Source of the DNA: an uncultured Alphaproteobacteria bacterium
Lineage (GTDB): Bacteria; Pseudomonadota; Alphaproteobacteria; RF32; CAG-239
DNA length: 64,000 nt
Direction: 5' to 3'
Assembly: GCA_944391465.1 (NCBI GenBank)
Contig: CALXTS010000002.1
Location: 21,250 to 85,249, forward strand
Shown here: in pieces, positions 1 to 9,249 of the stretch
Layout: each line of letters begins with the position of its first letter
How positions within the stretch are numbered: the first letter of the stretch is position 1
Made by a program: the position numbers and the translations under genes
Notes under the pieces: model-generated
Told to the model about the DNA's origin: nothing
Seen by the model: only the letters and a program-made list of their open reading frames with translations
Databases searched by the model: none

Positions 1-56
1 CCATTCTGCGCCTAGTTTATTAGTAACCCATTAATTATCAAAACAGGAACATAAAC

Positions 57-419
57 ATGAAAAAAATTTTTTATATTATACTCGTAATTGTTATTCTCTT
101 CGCCATTGGCCTTTTTGTAAAACAACAAGCCCCGCAACAACCGGAAGCTCAGATTGAAATTGAAGAGGTTGGCGTATCGGAAGCTATAGAAACCCCGGAA
201 GATTCTTCTGCAGAGATGCCTGAGGTTAACGTAGAAAATGCAGAAGAACTCAGCGATGGAGAATTTGTTGGTGTAGCTCCTGTGGCTGATGTTGAAGATG
301 TTGCCAATGAAGCTGTACCAGAAGTAGCTCCTGAATCAGAAAATGATGGAGCTGAAGAAGTTGAGGAAATCAATCCGGAAGAAACTTCTGATGAAGATGA
401 AACTATCGTTCAAGAGTAA
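57..419 (+). CDS. Membrane-anchored, highly acidic hypothetical protein
   Basis: 120-aa ORF. One N-terminal hydrophobic helix (IILVIVILFAIGLFV) is followed by an E/D/P-rich low-complexity tail. A hairpin terminator follows. No family recognised. Confidence 0.55.
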   Translation: MKKIFYIILVIVILFAIGLFVKQQAPQQPEAQIEIEEVGVSEAIETPEDSSAEMPEVNVENAEELSDGEFVGVAPVADVEDVANEAVPEVAPESENDGAEEVEEINPEETSDEDETIVQE

Positions 420-441
420 TATTTTGAAACAAAATTTATAT

Positions 442-470
442 AAAAAAGGCTGTTTTAAACAGCCTTTTTT
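442..470 (+). terminator. Rho-independent terminator
   Basis: A-tract, GGCTG / CAGCC stem within the palindrome AAGGCTGTTT-T-AAACAGCCTT, then a T6 tract. Confidence 0.7.
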
Positions 471-549
471 ATTGCCTTCCGCAAAAAAACAACTATATAT
501 ATGCAAGGAATATAATATAAGGAAATACAATTAACATAGGGGAATATAA

Positions 550-1497
550 ATGAAAGTAGGTATTATAGGAGCCGGATCCGTCGGAAGCGCAACCGCATTC
601 GCTTTAATCATGCGAGGAGTTGCCAGAAAAGTTGTTTTAATTGATATGAATGAAAAGAAAGCTCAAGCTGAAGCAATGGATATAGCCCATGCCGCACCTT
701 TCGCCTACGCTAACAAAATAAAAGCCGGAACTTACCAAGATCTAGAAGGTTGCGAAGTCGTAATTGTAACAGCCGGCGCCAACCAAAAACCAGGAGAAAC
801 ACGCATAGACTTATTAGGACGTAATGTTAAAATATTTGAAAGCATCATTCCTGAAATTGTCAAAGCAGCGCCTAACACAACATTGTTAATTACATCCAAC
901 CCTGCAGATATCATGACTGAAGTCGCATTAAAGCTCTCCGGTTTCCCAAGAGAGCGTGTTATCGGAAGCGGAACAGTTCTGGATACATCTCGCTTTAGAA
1001 CCTTATTGGGATACCATCTTGGAGTTTCTCCAAAATCCATTCACGCAAATGTTTTAGGAGAGCACGGCGACAGTGAAGTTTTAATCTGGTCAAACGGAGA
1101 TGCGGGAACAGTTCAAATAGAAGAACTGGCTCGCATGACAGGCAAACCATTTACTCCGGAAGTCAAAGCAAAAATTGATGACTGCGTACGCAATGCCGCA
1201 TATCAGATTATTGATGGAAAAGGCGCTACTTATTACGGAATAGCGGGAGCTCTATGCCGTATCTGCCAAGCTATTACCACCAATGAATACGCTATTTTAA
1301 CGGTATCATCTCATCATGATGATGTTGAAGGCGTAAAAGACGTATGCGTTTCTTTGCCGAGCGTCATCGGAAAAAGAGGTGTTCATAGTGTTATTTATCC
1401 CAAACTATCAGAATCAGAACACCATGATTTGAAATTAAGTGCAGAAAAAATAAAAGAATATTCGGAAGAAGCACTCAAACAAATTTCAATTAAATAA
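550..1497 (+). CDS. ldh: L-lactate dehydrogenase
   Basis: Rossmann motif GAGSVGS. AGANQKPGETRIDL has Gln at the LDH/MDH-discriminating position. GEHGDSEV is present. RBS AGGGGA lies upstream. 315 aa. Confidence 0.85.
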   Translation: MKVGIIGAGSVGSATAFALIMRGVARKVVLIDMNEKKAQAEAMDIAHAAPFAYANKIKAGTYQDLEGCEVVIVTAGANQKPGETRIDLLGRNVKIFESIIPEIVKAAPNTTLLITSNPADIMTEVALKLSGFPRERVIGSGTVLDTSRFRTLLGYHLGVSPKSIHANVLGEHGDSEVLIWSNGDAGTVQIEELARMTGKPFTPEVKAKIDDCVRNAAYQIIDGKGATYYGIAGALCRICQAITTNEYAILTVSSHHDDVEGVKDVCVSLPSVIGKRGVHSVIYPKLSESEHHDLKLSAEKIKEYSEEALKQISIK

Positions 1498-1506
1498 TCA
1501 TACCCC

Positions 1507-1541
1507 AAAAAAAAGGCTTTCTGAAAAACAGAAAGCCTTTT
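1507..1541. terminator. Bidirectional terminator between convergent genes
   Basis: 12-bp stem AAAGGCTTTCTG / CAGAAAGCCTTT with loop AAAAA, flanked by A- and T-tracts. Confidence 0.7.
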
Positions 1542-1563
1542 AATTTTTTTCTAAGTTACAGTA

Positions 1564-2340
1564 TTAGAACTGAACTTTAGCTCTGATACCGGCAGTATAA
1601 TCATAATCTATATCGTCACTACCAGTTCCGGCTAAGAAATAATCACCATAAACACCGAGGGCAATATTTTCTTTTACATAGTAGTCAGCTTCAGCTTGCA
1701 ACCACCATTCATTAGTATTTTTGCCATCAGTTTCAAAATCGTAGCGAACAGCGCCGTCAACAGCCCAATTACCAGCATATTTATGAATACCGAGAAGAGC
1801 ATACTGTTCCAATCCACGGTCAGCTGCATCAATCTTTCCATCTAAACCATAAGCTGCATAAGGTGTCAAACCATCACCCATATCATAACCGAGTTTCAAC
1901 TCACCGCTAAGATATTTTTCCCATCTATCATTGCCGTCATTAAACAATTTAGCATTGTGTTTTCCATAAAAATCTTTCGGATTCAAAGTAGAATAAGAAG
2001 CGCTAACTTGAGCCAAAATCTTATCAGATTTTATATTATAAGAAGCACCCAATTCATAACCAAAGTTATGATCATTATTATACATACCTTCGCTATCAAA
2101 CTCATTAGAAATAGCGCCGAAAACAGCCAAATTATCATTTACGCCGTAAGTAATTTCTTCAGCGGCTCTTAAACCATCCCAATTACCACCTGTTGTTTTA
2201 TCACGGTTGTATTCAATTCTGGTATCAGAAGTTACCTGACCTTTACCCGGCAAATAAAACGGATTAGTCAAGTCAGCAGCCATTGCAGAACCTGCAAACA
2301 TTACAGCGGCAGACGCCAATAAAATAGTTCTATAGTTCAT
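1564..2340 (-). CDS. Outer-membrane beta-barrel protein (porin-like)
   Basis: I placed the start at the internal ATG (MNYRTILLASAAVMFAGSAMA signal peptide), preceded by AAGGAG. The sequence shows an alternating aromatic/Gly pattern and ends in ...RAKVQF, a C-terminal Phe typical of OM barrels. Confidence 0.7.
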   Translation of the reverse strand: MNYRTILLASAAVMFAGSAMAADLTNPFYLPGKGQVTSDTRIEYNRDKTTGGNWDGLRAAEEITYGVNDNLAVFGAISNEFDSEGMYNNDHNFGYELGASYNIKSDKILAQVSASYSTLNPKDFYGKHNAKLFNDGNDRWEKYLSGELKLGYDMGDGLTPYAAYGLDGKIDAADRGLEQYALLGIHKYAGNWAVDGAVRYDFETDGKNTNEWWLQAEADYYVKENIALGVYGDYFLAGTGSDDIDYDYTAGIRAKVQF

Positions 2341-2543
2341 AACTTTCTCCTTATTTTGTTTTATGGGATAACGCCATAATGACGTTATGAGCGCATTATA
2401 TCCGAAAATAATAAAAAAACAATTAATTATATACATACTTACTTATAATCTAACAAAAATCACTCTGAGAACATATTATGGTTGCGTAGTTCAGTTTTTG
2501 CCTTTATAGTGGATAGGATTTGATTTTTTTATAAAAGATAGCC

Positions 2544-3608
2544 ATGGTAGAAGTTGTTACACTCGGTTGCCGCATAAACAGCTACGAGTCAGAAATATTA
2601 AAAGAAAAATTAGCCAATATTGATAATCTCATCATTATCAATACATGTGCTGTTACCGGAGAAGCGGAAAGACAATGCCGTCAGACCATTCGTAAACTCC
2701 GCCGAGAAAATCCAAACGCCAAAATCATTGTTACCGGCTGCGCGGCACAAATTGCGCCGCACAAATTTGCCCAAATGCCAGAAGTTGACTTAATTCTCGG
2801 AAACAAAGAAAAAGCCGAGATTGAAAAATATCTTAATACTGAAATCAATGAAAAAACCATCGTCGGAGATATTTTCAAATATGACGATTATGACCATTAC
2901 CTGATTACGGGATTTGAAGGACGCCAACGAGCCTTTGTGCAAATCCAACAAGGATGCAATCATAGGTGTTCCTACTGCATTGTTCCATACGCAAGAGGAA
3001 ACAGCCGTTCAGTTCCGATAAACAAAATTCTTATTCAAATAAGAGAATTACTAAACCAAGGTTTCCAAGAAATCTGTTTAACCGGTGTTGATATCTGTTC
3101 CTATAAAATAGATAAAGAAGCATACCGAAACTCCTTTAGTATTCTTGTTCAAACAATTCTGGAAGAAATCCCCGAACTTCCGTCTTTGCAATTTGGCTCT
3201 TTAGATCCGGCAGCCTTAGACGGCAAATTTATTGCTTTGGTCGGCAAGTGCTCGCAGATTTACCCGCATTTTCACTTATCTATTCAATCAGGAGACAATG
3301 AAATCTTGAAAAAAATGCGTCGTCGCCACACACGAGAAGACGTCATCAATCTCTGCAGAAAAATTAGAGAAGTTCGACCAAATGCAACATTCGGAGCCGA
3401 TTTCATCTGCGGATTTCCTACAGAAACGGAAGAACAGTTTAACAATACCGTTAATCTGGTAAAAGAAGCCGGCATAAATAAACTCCACGTTTTCCCCTAT
3501 TCTGAAAGAAGCGGAACCGTTGCAGCCTCCATGCCTCAACTTCCCGTAGAAATCCGAAAAGAAAGGGCTAAAAGACTACGCCTGGAAGGAGAAAGTATTG
3601 ATGAATAA
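2544..3608 (+). CDS. mtaB: Radical-SAM methylthiotransferase, MtaB/MiaB family (short form)
   Basis: N-terminal MTTase motif VVTLGCRINSYESE. Radical-SAM CNHRCSYCIVP. HVFPYSERSGT near the C-terminus. 354 aa with no obvious TRAM region. Confidence 0.7.
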   Translation: MVEVVTLGCRINSYESEILKEKLANIDNLIIINTCAVTGEAERQCRQTIRKLRRENPNAKIIVTGCAAQIAPHKFAQMPEVDLILGNKEKAEIEKYLNTEINEKTIVGDIFKYDDYDHYLITGFEGRQRAFVQIQQGCNHRCSYCIVPYARGNSRSVPINKILIQIRELLNQGFQEICLTGVDICSYKIDKEAYRNSFSILVQTILEEIPELPSLQFGSLDPAALDGKFIALVGKCSQIYPHFHLSIQSGDNEILKKMRRRHTREDVINLCRKIREVRPNATFGADFICGFPTETEEQFNNTVNLVKEAGINKLHVFPYSERSGTVAASMPQLPVEIRKERAKRLRLEGESIDE

Positions 3609-4512
3609 TTGGTTTCAAAAGTTACGATTCGGCTTAAAAAAATCATCTTCAAATTTAACTTCAGGCATCAGCGGTATTTTTACCAAACAACGTCTTGACC
3701 GTTCCACACTTGATGAACTTGAAGAGCTTTTAATTTGCGCAGATATGGGAATTAGTGCAAGTACGGAAATCATTAATAAATTTGCGAACAAACGCTTAGA
3801 TAAAGATATAACACCTGAAGATATTCGTCATGAGCTTGCTGAAAACATCAGTGAAATATTAACACCGTGTCAACAATCGCTTACAATATCAGGAGTTTCA
3901 CCTGAGGTTATTTTAATGGTAGGCGTAAACGGAGCCGGAAAAACGACAACGATTGGAAAATTGGCTGCAAAATTTATCAAGCAAGGAAAAAAAGTATCCG
4001 CCATAGCCGGAGACACTTTCAGAGCCGCTGCCGTCGAGCAACTGGAAATCTGGGGAAAGCGCAACGACATACGCGTCTTTAAAGGAGAAAACGGATGTGA
4101 TGCAGCCGGACTTTGTTATGATGGTCTTCAAGAAGCAATCAAACAAAAAGATGATATTGTATTTATTGACACAGCCGGACGTCTTCAGAATAAAACCGGA
4201 TTAATGGATGAACTCCGAAAAATAGTAAAAGTTATCAAAAAAATAATTCCGGAAGCTCCACATCATACGCTTTTATGCCTTGATGCCACAACAGGGCAAA
4301 ATGCATTGAACCAAGTAAAAACATTTAAAGAAATCGTCAATGTAAACGGACTTATCATAAACAAACTTGACGGAACGGCAAAAGGCGGAATACTTGTGGC
4401 CATCGCCAAAGAAAGCCCGACAGCAGTACATTATATTGGCATTGGAGAAGGAATTGACGATTTAGATGAATTTAATGCAAAAGATTTTGCGCTCGGCCTG
4501 CTTGATGTATGA
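3601..4512 (+). CDS. ftsY: Signal recognition particle receptor FtsY
   Basis: SRP GTPase motifs GVNGAGKTTTIGKLA, DTAGR and NKLDGTAKGG. The ATG is 9 nt after AAGGAG and overlaps the mtaB stop. Confidence 0.9.
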   Translation: MNNWFQKLRFGLKKSSSNLTSGISGIFTKQRLDRSTLDELEELLICADMGISASTEIINKFANKRLDKDITPEDIRHELAENISEILTPCQQSLTISGVSPEVILMVGVNGAGKTTTIGKLAAKFIKQGKKVSAIAGDTFRAAAVEQLEIWGKRNDIRVFKGENGCDAAGLCYDGLQEAIKQKDDIVFIDTAGRLQNKTGLMDELRKIVKVIKKIIPEAPHHTLLCLDATTGQNALNQVKTFKEIVNVNGLIINKLDGTAKGGILVAIAKESPTAVHYIGIGEGIDDLDEFNAKDFALGLLDV

Positions 4513-4586
4513 TTTTCACAGCATAAATTCCGCTCTTAACAATCCAAAATAAAACTGATAATATCTCCCCAAACAAGAACTATAAG

Positions 4587-6002
4587 ATGCAAAAAATGGA
4601 AGATTTATTTAGTTTAATACCGGCAGAAAAAACACATATTCCTGAAATTCCGGAATTTTCGGTTTCTGAAATTTCTGCAGAAATAAAAAGATTTATAGAA
4701 ACAACCTTCAATAAAGTCAGGATTCGCGGAGAAATCTTCGGAGCCAAACGCGCAGATTCCGGACATTGGTACTTATCATTAAAAGATGAAAACGCAGTAA
4801 TTTCAGCAGTTTGCTGGAAAGGTGTCGCAAACCAACTTTTAATTAAACCAGAAGACGGATTAGAAGTTATTGCAACGGGAAAAATTACCACTTTTGCAGG
4901 AAAATCATCTTACCAACTGGTCATTGAACAAATGGAAGTCGCCGGCGCCGGAGCTCTGCTTAAACTTCTGGAAGAACGCAAACAGCAATTTGCCAAAGAA
5001 GGTCTTTTTGATTCCGCCCACAAAAAAGCCCTACCCTATTTACCACAAACAATCGGTGTCGTAACATCAGCCAGCGGAGCCGTTATCAGGGACATTATCC
5101 ACCGAGTGCGAGACAGATTTCCATCCCATATTTTATTATGGCCGACACCTGTACAAGGAGAAGGCGCAGCAGAAAAAGTAGCCGCAGCTATTACAGCCTT
5201 TAATACGTTAGAAAAAAACGATTACCCTCGCCGCCCCGATGTTATTATTGTGGCCCGCGGAGGCGGAAGCCTTGAAGACTTATGGCCTTTTAACGAAGAA
5301 TGTGTTATCCGCGCTGTTTTTGCATCTGAAATACCGATTATCTCCGCTGTTGGCCATGAAACAGACACAATGCTAATTGATTATGTTGCCGATAAAAGAG
5401 CTCCCACACCAACCGGAGCCGCTGAGTTTGCCGTTCCGGTACGCAGCGAGCTTTTGGCACAAATCAACACCCTTTCAGCAAGACTTCTCAATGCCCAAGT
5501 CAGATATTTTGAACAACGTAAAACATATTTGGAAGGACTTGCTCGAGGCATCCCTAACCTTGAACAAATCTTATCAGAAGTCACTCAAAAATTTGATGAC
5601 CGCATAGAACGGTTAAACCAAGCCTTCAAAACATTACTAAGTAGCAAAAAAAATCAAATAGACTTATGCCGTTTACGCCCTTTTTATATAAAAAATATTA
5701 TTGAAAAGAAGAAAGAAAATTTAAATAATTTAATGCTACGCTTACAATCAGTATCTGTTGAATCGGTTTTAAAACGCGGTTTTGCATGGGTTAAGGATGG
5801 CGAAGGAAAAACCATATATAATACGGCTCAAGCAAACCAATCTGCAGATTTTGAGATTACATTTTATGACGGAAGTCTTAAAATTTCAAAGACCTCAAAA
5901 TCTGAAGAACCAACACCGCAAAAGAAAAATCCGCAAACAACCAAGAAAAAAACTTTACCAAAGGAAAACCATGAATACCAAATTGACTTATTTAATTCTT
6001 AG
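4587..6002 (+). CDS. xseA: Exodeoxyribonuclease VII large subunit
   Basis: N-terminal OB-fold signature (VSEISAEIKRFIE...VRIRGEI...GHWYLSLKDENA), a catalytic core and a coiled-coil C-terminus, plus a basic K-rich tail. Confidence 0.9.
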   Translation: MQKMEDLFSLIPAEKTHIPEIPEFSVSEISAEIKRFIETTFNKVRIRGEIFGAKRADSGHWYLSLKDENAVISAVCWKGVANQLLIKPEDGLEVIATGKITTFAGKSSYQLVIEQMEVAGAGALLKLLEERKQQFAKEGLFDSAHKKALPYLPQTIGVVTSASGAVIRDIIHRVRDRFPSHILLWPTPVQGEGAAEKVAAAITAFNTLEKNDYPRRPDVIIVARGGGSLEDLWPFNEECVIRAVFASEIPIISAVGHETDTMLIDYVADKRAPTPTGAAEFAVPVRSELLAQINTLSARLLNAQVRYFEQRKTYLEGLARGIPNLEQILSEVTQKFDDRIERLNQAFKTLLSSKKNQIDLCRLRPFYIKNIIEKKKENLNNLMLRLQSVSVESVLKRGFAWVKDGEGKTIYNTAQANQSADFEITFYDGSLKISKTSKSEEPTPQKKNPQTTKKKTLPKENHEYQIDLFNS

Positions 6003-6810
6003 CCTTTCGACACTCTTATCATTTGCTCCAAACGCAAATGCCGTTGAATTATGTGGAAAACTAGCACAAGGGGAAATTCTTGTAGGAAAATTTGCCGAGG
6101 GCGATGTTATTTTTAAACAAGAAAAGATTCGAACATCTGAACAAGGAGATTTTCTGATTGCTTTTGGTAGAGACGATGAAAGCTCTCAAAATATTTCCTT
6201 TTTAACAAAAGATGAAACAACAAAAGATGTAGAATTAAAAATTGAGCCAACCGCATGGGATATTCAAAATATTAATGGGGTTCCCCCACGTAAAGTAACC
6301 CCATCAAACTCAGACTTGAGAGATATTGAGACTGAACAAAAATTAGTAAAAAAAGGGCAAAAAAACAATACAACAACAGCTTTTTGGAAAAAAGGATTTA
6401 TAAAACCGGTAGAAGGTCGAACCAGTGGCAAATTCGGCGGACAAAGGATTATGAACGGCGTCAAACGTAATCCGCATTCGGGAATGGACATAGCTGCACC
6501 GGAAGGCACACCCGTCAAAGCCTCATCAGACGGTAAAGTAACTTTAGCGGCACCGGAACTTTTCTATTCAGGCAATGTCGTTATTCTGGATCACGGATAC
6601 GGATTACATACAATATATGCTCACCTTAAAGAAATCCATGTAAAAGAAGGAGACATTGTTACTCAAGGCGATATTATCGGTCTGGTCGGCAAAACCGGGA
6701 GAGCCACGGGTCCTCACTTACATTGGGGAGCATCATTAAACGGAATAAAATTTAATCCGCCATCTTTATTAAATATAAACAAAGGCGATGATTTTTGTTT
6801 TATTTTATAA
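5971..6810 (+). CDS. M23 family (LytM-type) metallopeptidase, secreted
   Basis: I placed the start at MNTKLTYLILSLSTLLSFAPNANA (signal peptide, AAGGAA upstream). M23 motifs HSGMDIAAPEGTPV and GPHLHWG. It overlaps the xseA 3' end by 32 nt. Confidence 0.85.
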   Translation: MNTKLTYLILSLSTLLSFAPNANAVELCGKLAQGEILVGKFAEGDVIFKQEKIRTSEQGDFLIAFGRDDESSQNISFLTKDETTKDVELKIEPTAWDIQNINGVPPRKVTPSNSDLRDIETEQKLVKKGQKNNTTTAFWKKGFIKPVEGRTSGKFGGQRIMNGVKRNPHSGMDIAAPEGTPVKASSDGKVTLAAPELFYSGNVVILDHGYGLHTIYAHLKEIHVKEGDIVTQGDIIGLVGKTGRATGPHLHWGASLNGIKFNPPSLLNINKGDDFCFIL

Positions 6811-6857
6811 ACAAATAATATAGAATTGGCACAAAGCAATTGCAAAGAGGTTTCGTT

Positions 6858-7283
6858 ATGATAGACGGCGTTCATAAACAAATAATTTGGGATTCGATTG
6901 TTTGCCTTATCGTTGATGATGATAAGTTTTCGCGAACCTTTACCAAAACGGCATTATACCAAATAGGCATCAAAAACACCAAAGAAGCAGGTAGCGCCAA
7001 AGAAGCCTTAGAATTACTGCAAAGTTTTAAAATTGATATAATTTTACTTGACCAACAAATGCCTGAAAAGACCGGTTTGGAATTTGCAAGTGAATTAAAA
7101 CGGGGAATAGTTGAATCGGCAAAGAACACACCGATAATTATGATTACGGTAGATACCAAAGAAAAAACCGTTTTAGATGCAAAACAACTCGGCATACAAG
7201 AATATTTGGTAAAACCCATCTCTCCGTTGGCTTTAAAAAAACGTATATGTACGGCCTTTGGACTTAAACAAGAAAGAATATAA
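6858..7283 (+). CDS. Single-domain response regulator (CheY-like receiver)
   Basis: Receiver landmarks VDDD, ILLDQQMP (phospho-Asp), IIMIT and LVKP. No output domain. Confidence 0.8.
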   Translation: MIDGVHKQIIWDSIVCLIVDDDKFSRTFTKTALYQIGIKNTKEAGSAKEALELLQSFKIDIILLDQQMPEKTGLEFASELKRGIVESAKNTPIIMITVDTKEKTVLDAKQLGIQEYLVKPISPLALKKRICTAFGLKQERI

Positions 7284-7285
7284 TC

Positions 7286-8116
7286 GTGACCAATTTTCAT
7301 TTAATCATATTATCCGTTTTACAAGGGATAACAGAGTTTCTGCCGGTCAGTTCATCCGGACATTTAATTTTAATCTCTAAGTTCACATCACTTCCAGACC
7401 AAGGATTAGCTTTGGATGTAGCTGTTCATGTCGGCTCAATCTTAGCCGTCATGATATACTTTTCTGAAGATCTATGGAAAATGTTTAAGGGATTATTGAA
7501 AACATATTTTATTCCTAATTTAAAAAACACAGCCAGCCGAACATTCTGGCTTTTAATAATTGGAACAATACCAATTGTTATTGTCGGATTTTTACTAAAA
7601 GAAAACGGCATGGAATGGTTAAGAAACCCGCAAATCATCGGTTGGACAATTTTAGGATACGGAATATTATTATTTATAGCAGACCATTTCAGTATGACCA
7701 TTCGTCAAATCAAACATCTGACAATATTTGATGCTTTGTTAATCGGATGCGCTCAATGCTTAGCATTAATCCCCGGAACAAGCCGTTCAGGTGTAACCGT
7801 TACCATGGCAAGATTTTTAAGCATGGAAAGACGAGAAGCCGCAAAATTTTCAATGCTTTTATCCATCCCTGCAATTATAGGTGCCGCGACATTAGTTGCT
7901 TATGAACTATACAGCAACAATGATTTAATTGACATCATCTACGCAATAGACGGAATCACCTATTCATTTATAGCCTCAATTGTAGCAATATATGCGGTTA
8001 TGTGGTGGTTAAAAAAGTCCACATTTCTACCGTTTGTTATATACAGAATCATTTTAGGAACGATATTAATACTTGATTCTTATAAAATTCTTGATATAAA
8101 TATCCTGAATTTTTAA
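7286..8116 (+). CDS. uppP: Undecaprenyl-diphosphate phosphatase (BacA/UppP)
   Basis: LPVSSSGHLIL and PGTSRSG motifs. Polytopic membrane protein. GTG start. Confidence 0.9.
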   Translation: MTNFHLIILSVLQGITEFLPVSSSGHLILISKFTSLPDQGLALDVAVHVGSILAVMIYFSEDLWKMFKGLLKTYFIPNLKNTASRTFWLLIIGTIPIVIVGFLLKENGMEWLRNPQIIGWTILGYGILLFIADHFSMTIRQIKHLTIFDALLIGCAQCLALIPGTSRSGVTVTMARFLSMERREAAKFSMLLSIPAIIGAATLVAYELYSNNDLIDIIYAIDGITYSFIASIVAIYAVMWWLKKSTFLPFVIYRIILGTILILDSYKILDINILNF

Positions 8117-8120
8117 TCAA

Positions 8121-8207
8121 GCCCTGATGGCGGAATTGGTAGACGCGTAAGTTTCAGGTACTTATGACTGAATAGTCGTGGAAGTTCGAGTCTTCTTCAG
8201 GGCACCA
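8121..8207 (+). tRNA. tRNA-Leu (anticodon CAG), class II with long variable arm, CCA encoded
   Basis: Cloverleaf read by hand. Acceptor GCCCTGA / TCAGGGC. Anticodon stem TAAGT / ACTTA with loop TTCAGGT. Long variable arm. T-arm GGAAG-TTCGAGT-CTTCT. 3' ACCA. Confidence 0.9.
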
Positions 8208-8243
8208 TAAAAAAACACCCTTTATGGGTGTTTTTTTATGGTG
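8203..8243. terminator. Perfect 18-bp palindrome / bidirectional terminator overlapping the tRNA 3' end
   Basis: CACCATAAAAAAACACCC, loop TTTAT, then GGGTGTTTTTTTATGGTG. The two arms are exact reverse complements. Confidence 0.7.
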
Positions 8244-8336
8244 ATTTAAATAAAGTTCTCGAACTTCCAAAAGGAAGTTTGACCGAAACGAAGTTGTTGA
8301 GCTTGTTTCAAGCGAAACCTACGAAGTAAGACCACT

Positions 8337-8364
8337 AAAAAAAGACCCGTTGGGGTCTTTTTTT
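8337..8364. terminator. Hairpin terminator (probably for the minus-strand gene 8389-8736)
   Basis: A7, GACCC / GGGTC stem, T7. Usable in both directions. Confidence 0.6.
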
Positions 8365-8388
8365 AAAGCAAATATTTCCTCAAAACAT

Positions 8389-8736
8389 CTACAAGTCGCT
8401 TATTTTTTTATCAACCTGAATCGCTTTAATAAGCAAACAAAAAAACAAAATCGGAACAAGAATTAACATCACAGACACAAAGCAACATAATGCGTCACTC
8501 TGAATTTGCTTACTTATACTAAAAAACATAAAAGCAATCAGCAAAGCAACAAAAAATCCAAAACCCAAAAAAGAATGAATTTCCACGGTTTTTCGCTCAA
8601 GTTCAACCTTAATAATAACTCTATGAGAAAGTTTCTGCGTATCTTTGACTTTTTTCTCACATTTAACTATCTCACGAAAAGCATAGATGCTTATCCAAAC
8701 ACATCCTGCAATAAAAACAAATAAAATTAACAACAT
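8389..8736 (-). CDS. Small integral membrane protein, hypothetical
   Basis: 115-aa ORF with about 3 hydrophobic helices. No family recognised. Confidence 0.5.
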   Translation of the reverse strand: MLLILFVFIAGCVWISIYAFREIVKCEKKVKDTQKLSHRVIIKVELERKTVEIHSFLGFGFFVALLIAFMFFSISKQIQSDALCCFVSVMLILVPILFFCLLIKAIQVDKKISDL

Positions 8737-8895
8737 AATTTCTAGTTTAAATTAATAATTTATTTCAATTGCACATAAAATAACACCTTTCAAATCTCTG
8801 TCAATATAAAAGCACCTCAGACTTTTTTTCAATATTGATTGTATATGAATAATAACTATAATTAACAAAACAGATTATTGGAGCAAAACTATAAA

Positions 8896-9147
8896 ATGAG
8901 TCTATCTATTCAAGAAGCTAAAGATTTAATAAATAACCTAAAAGAAAAAGAAATTGCACTCGGACGCGCTCCGGAAACATGGTACACATATGAAAACCAT
9001 GTTTATGGTGCAGCCAACGTTGCCAAAACTATTGCATCTAAAATAAAAGGAATGAATGCCAATGAAATTTACATATGCGCACTGCTTCACGATATCAGTA
9101 GAACAGAAGAAGATAGAGAACAACATTTTCATGGTATTTTAGGATAA
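8896..9147 (+). pseudogene. HD-domain phosphohydrolase fragment (N-terminal part only)
   Basis: ALLHDISRTEED carries the HD motif, and the ORF stops about 20 aa later. The usual downstream part of the domain is absent and no convincing RBS is present. Confidence 0.4.
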
Positions 9148-9249
9148 TTTTGATAAAAAGATTGGATGTAATATATATAGCCTTTTCACAAAACTGCATT
9201 CTTTAGCAAAAGAACGTTAGTCATTTCCCAAAATCACGAGCATACTCAT

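Noticed and set aside
550-1497. Alternative call as malate dehydrogenase (LDH-like MDH).
   Set aside because: The discriminating residue in GANQKPGETR is Gln (LDH type) rather than Arg, and the GEHGDS motif fits L-LDH.
5782-5970. N-terminal extension of the M23 peptidase ORF (start at 5782).
   Set aside because: The extension lies inside xseA in another frame and is highly basic nonsense. An ATG at 5971 gives a canonical signal peptide and has an RBS.
8121-9249. Integrated mobile element at the tRNA-Leu gene.
   Set aside because: There is no integrase, no direct repeat of the tRNA 3' end (only an 11-nt inverted match) and no phage or plasmid genes. At most it is an old scar.
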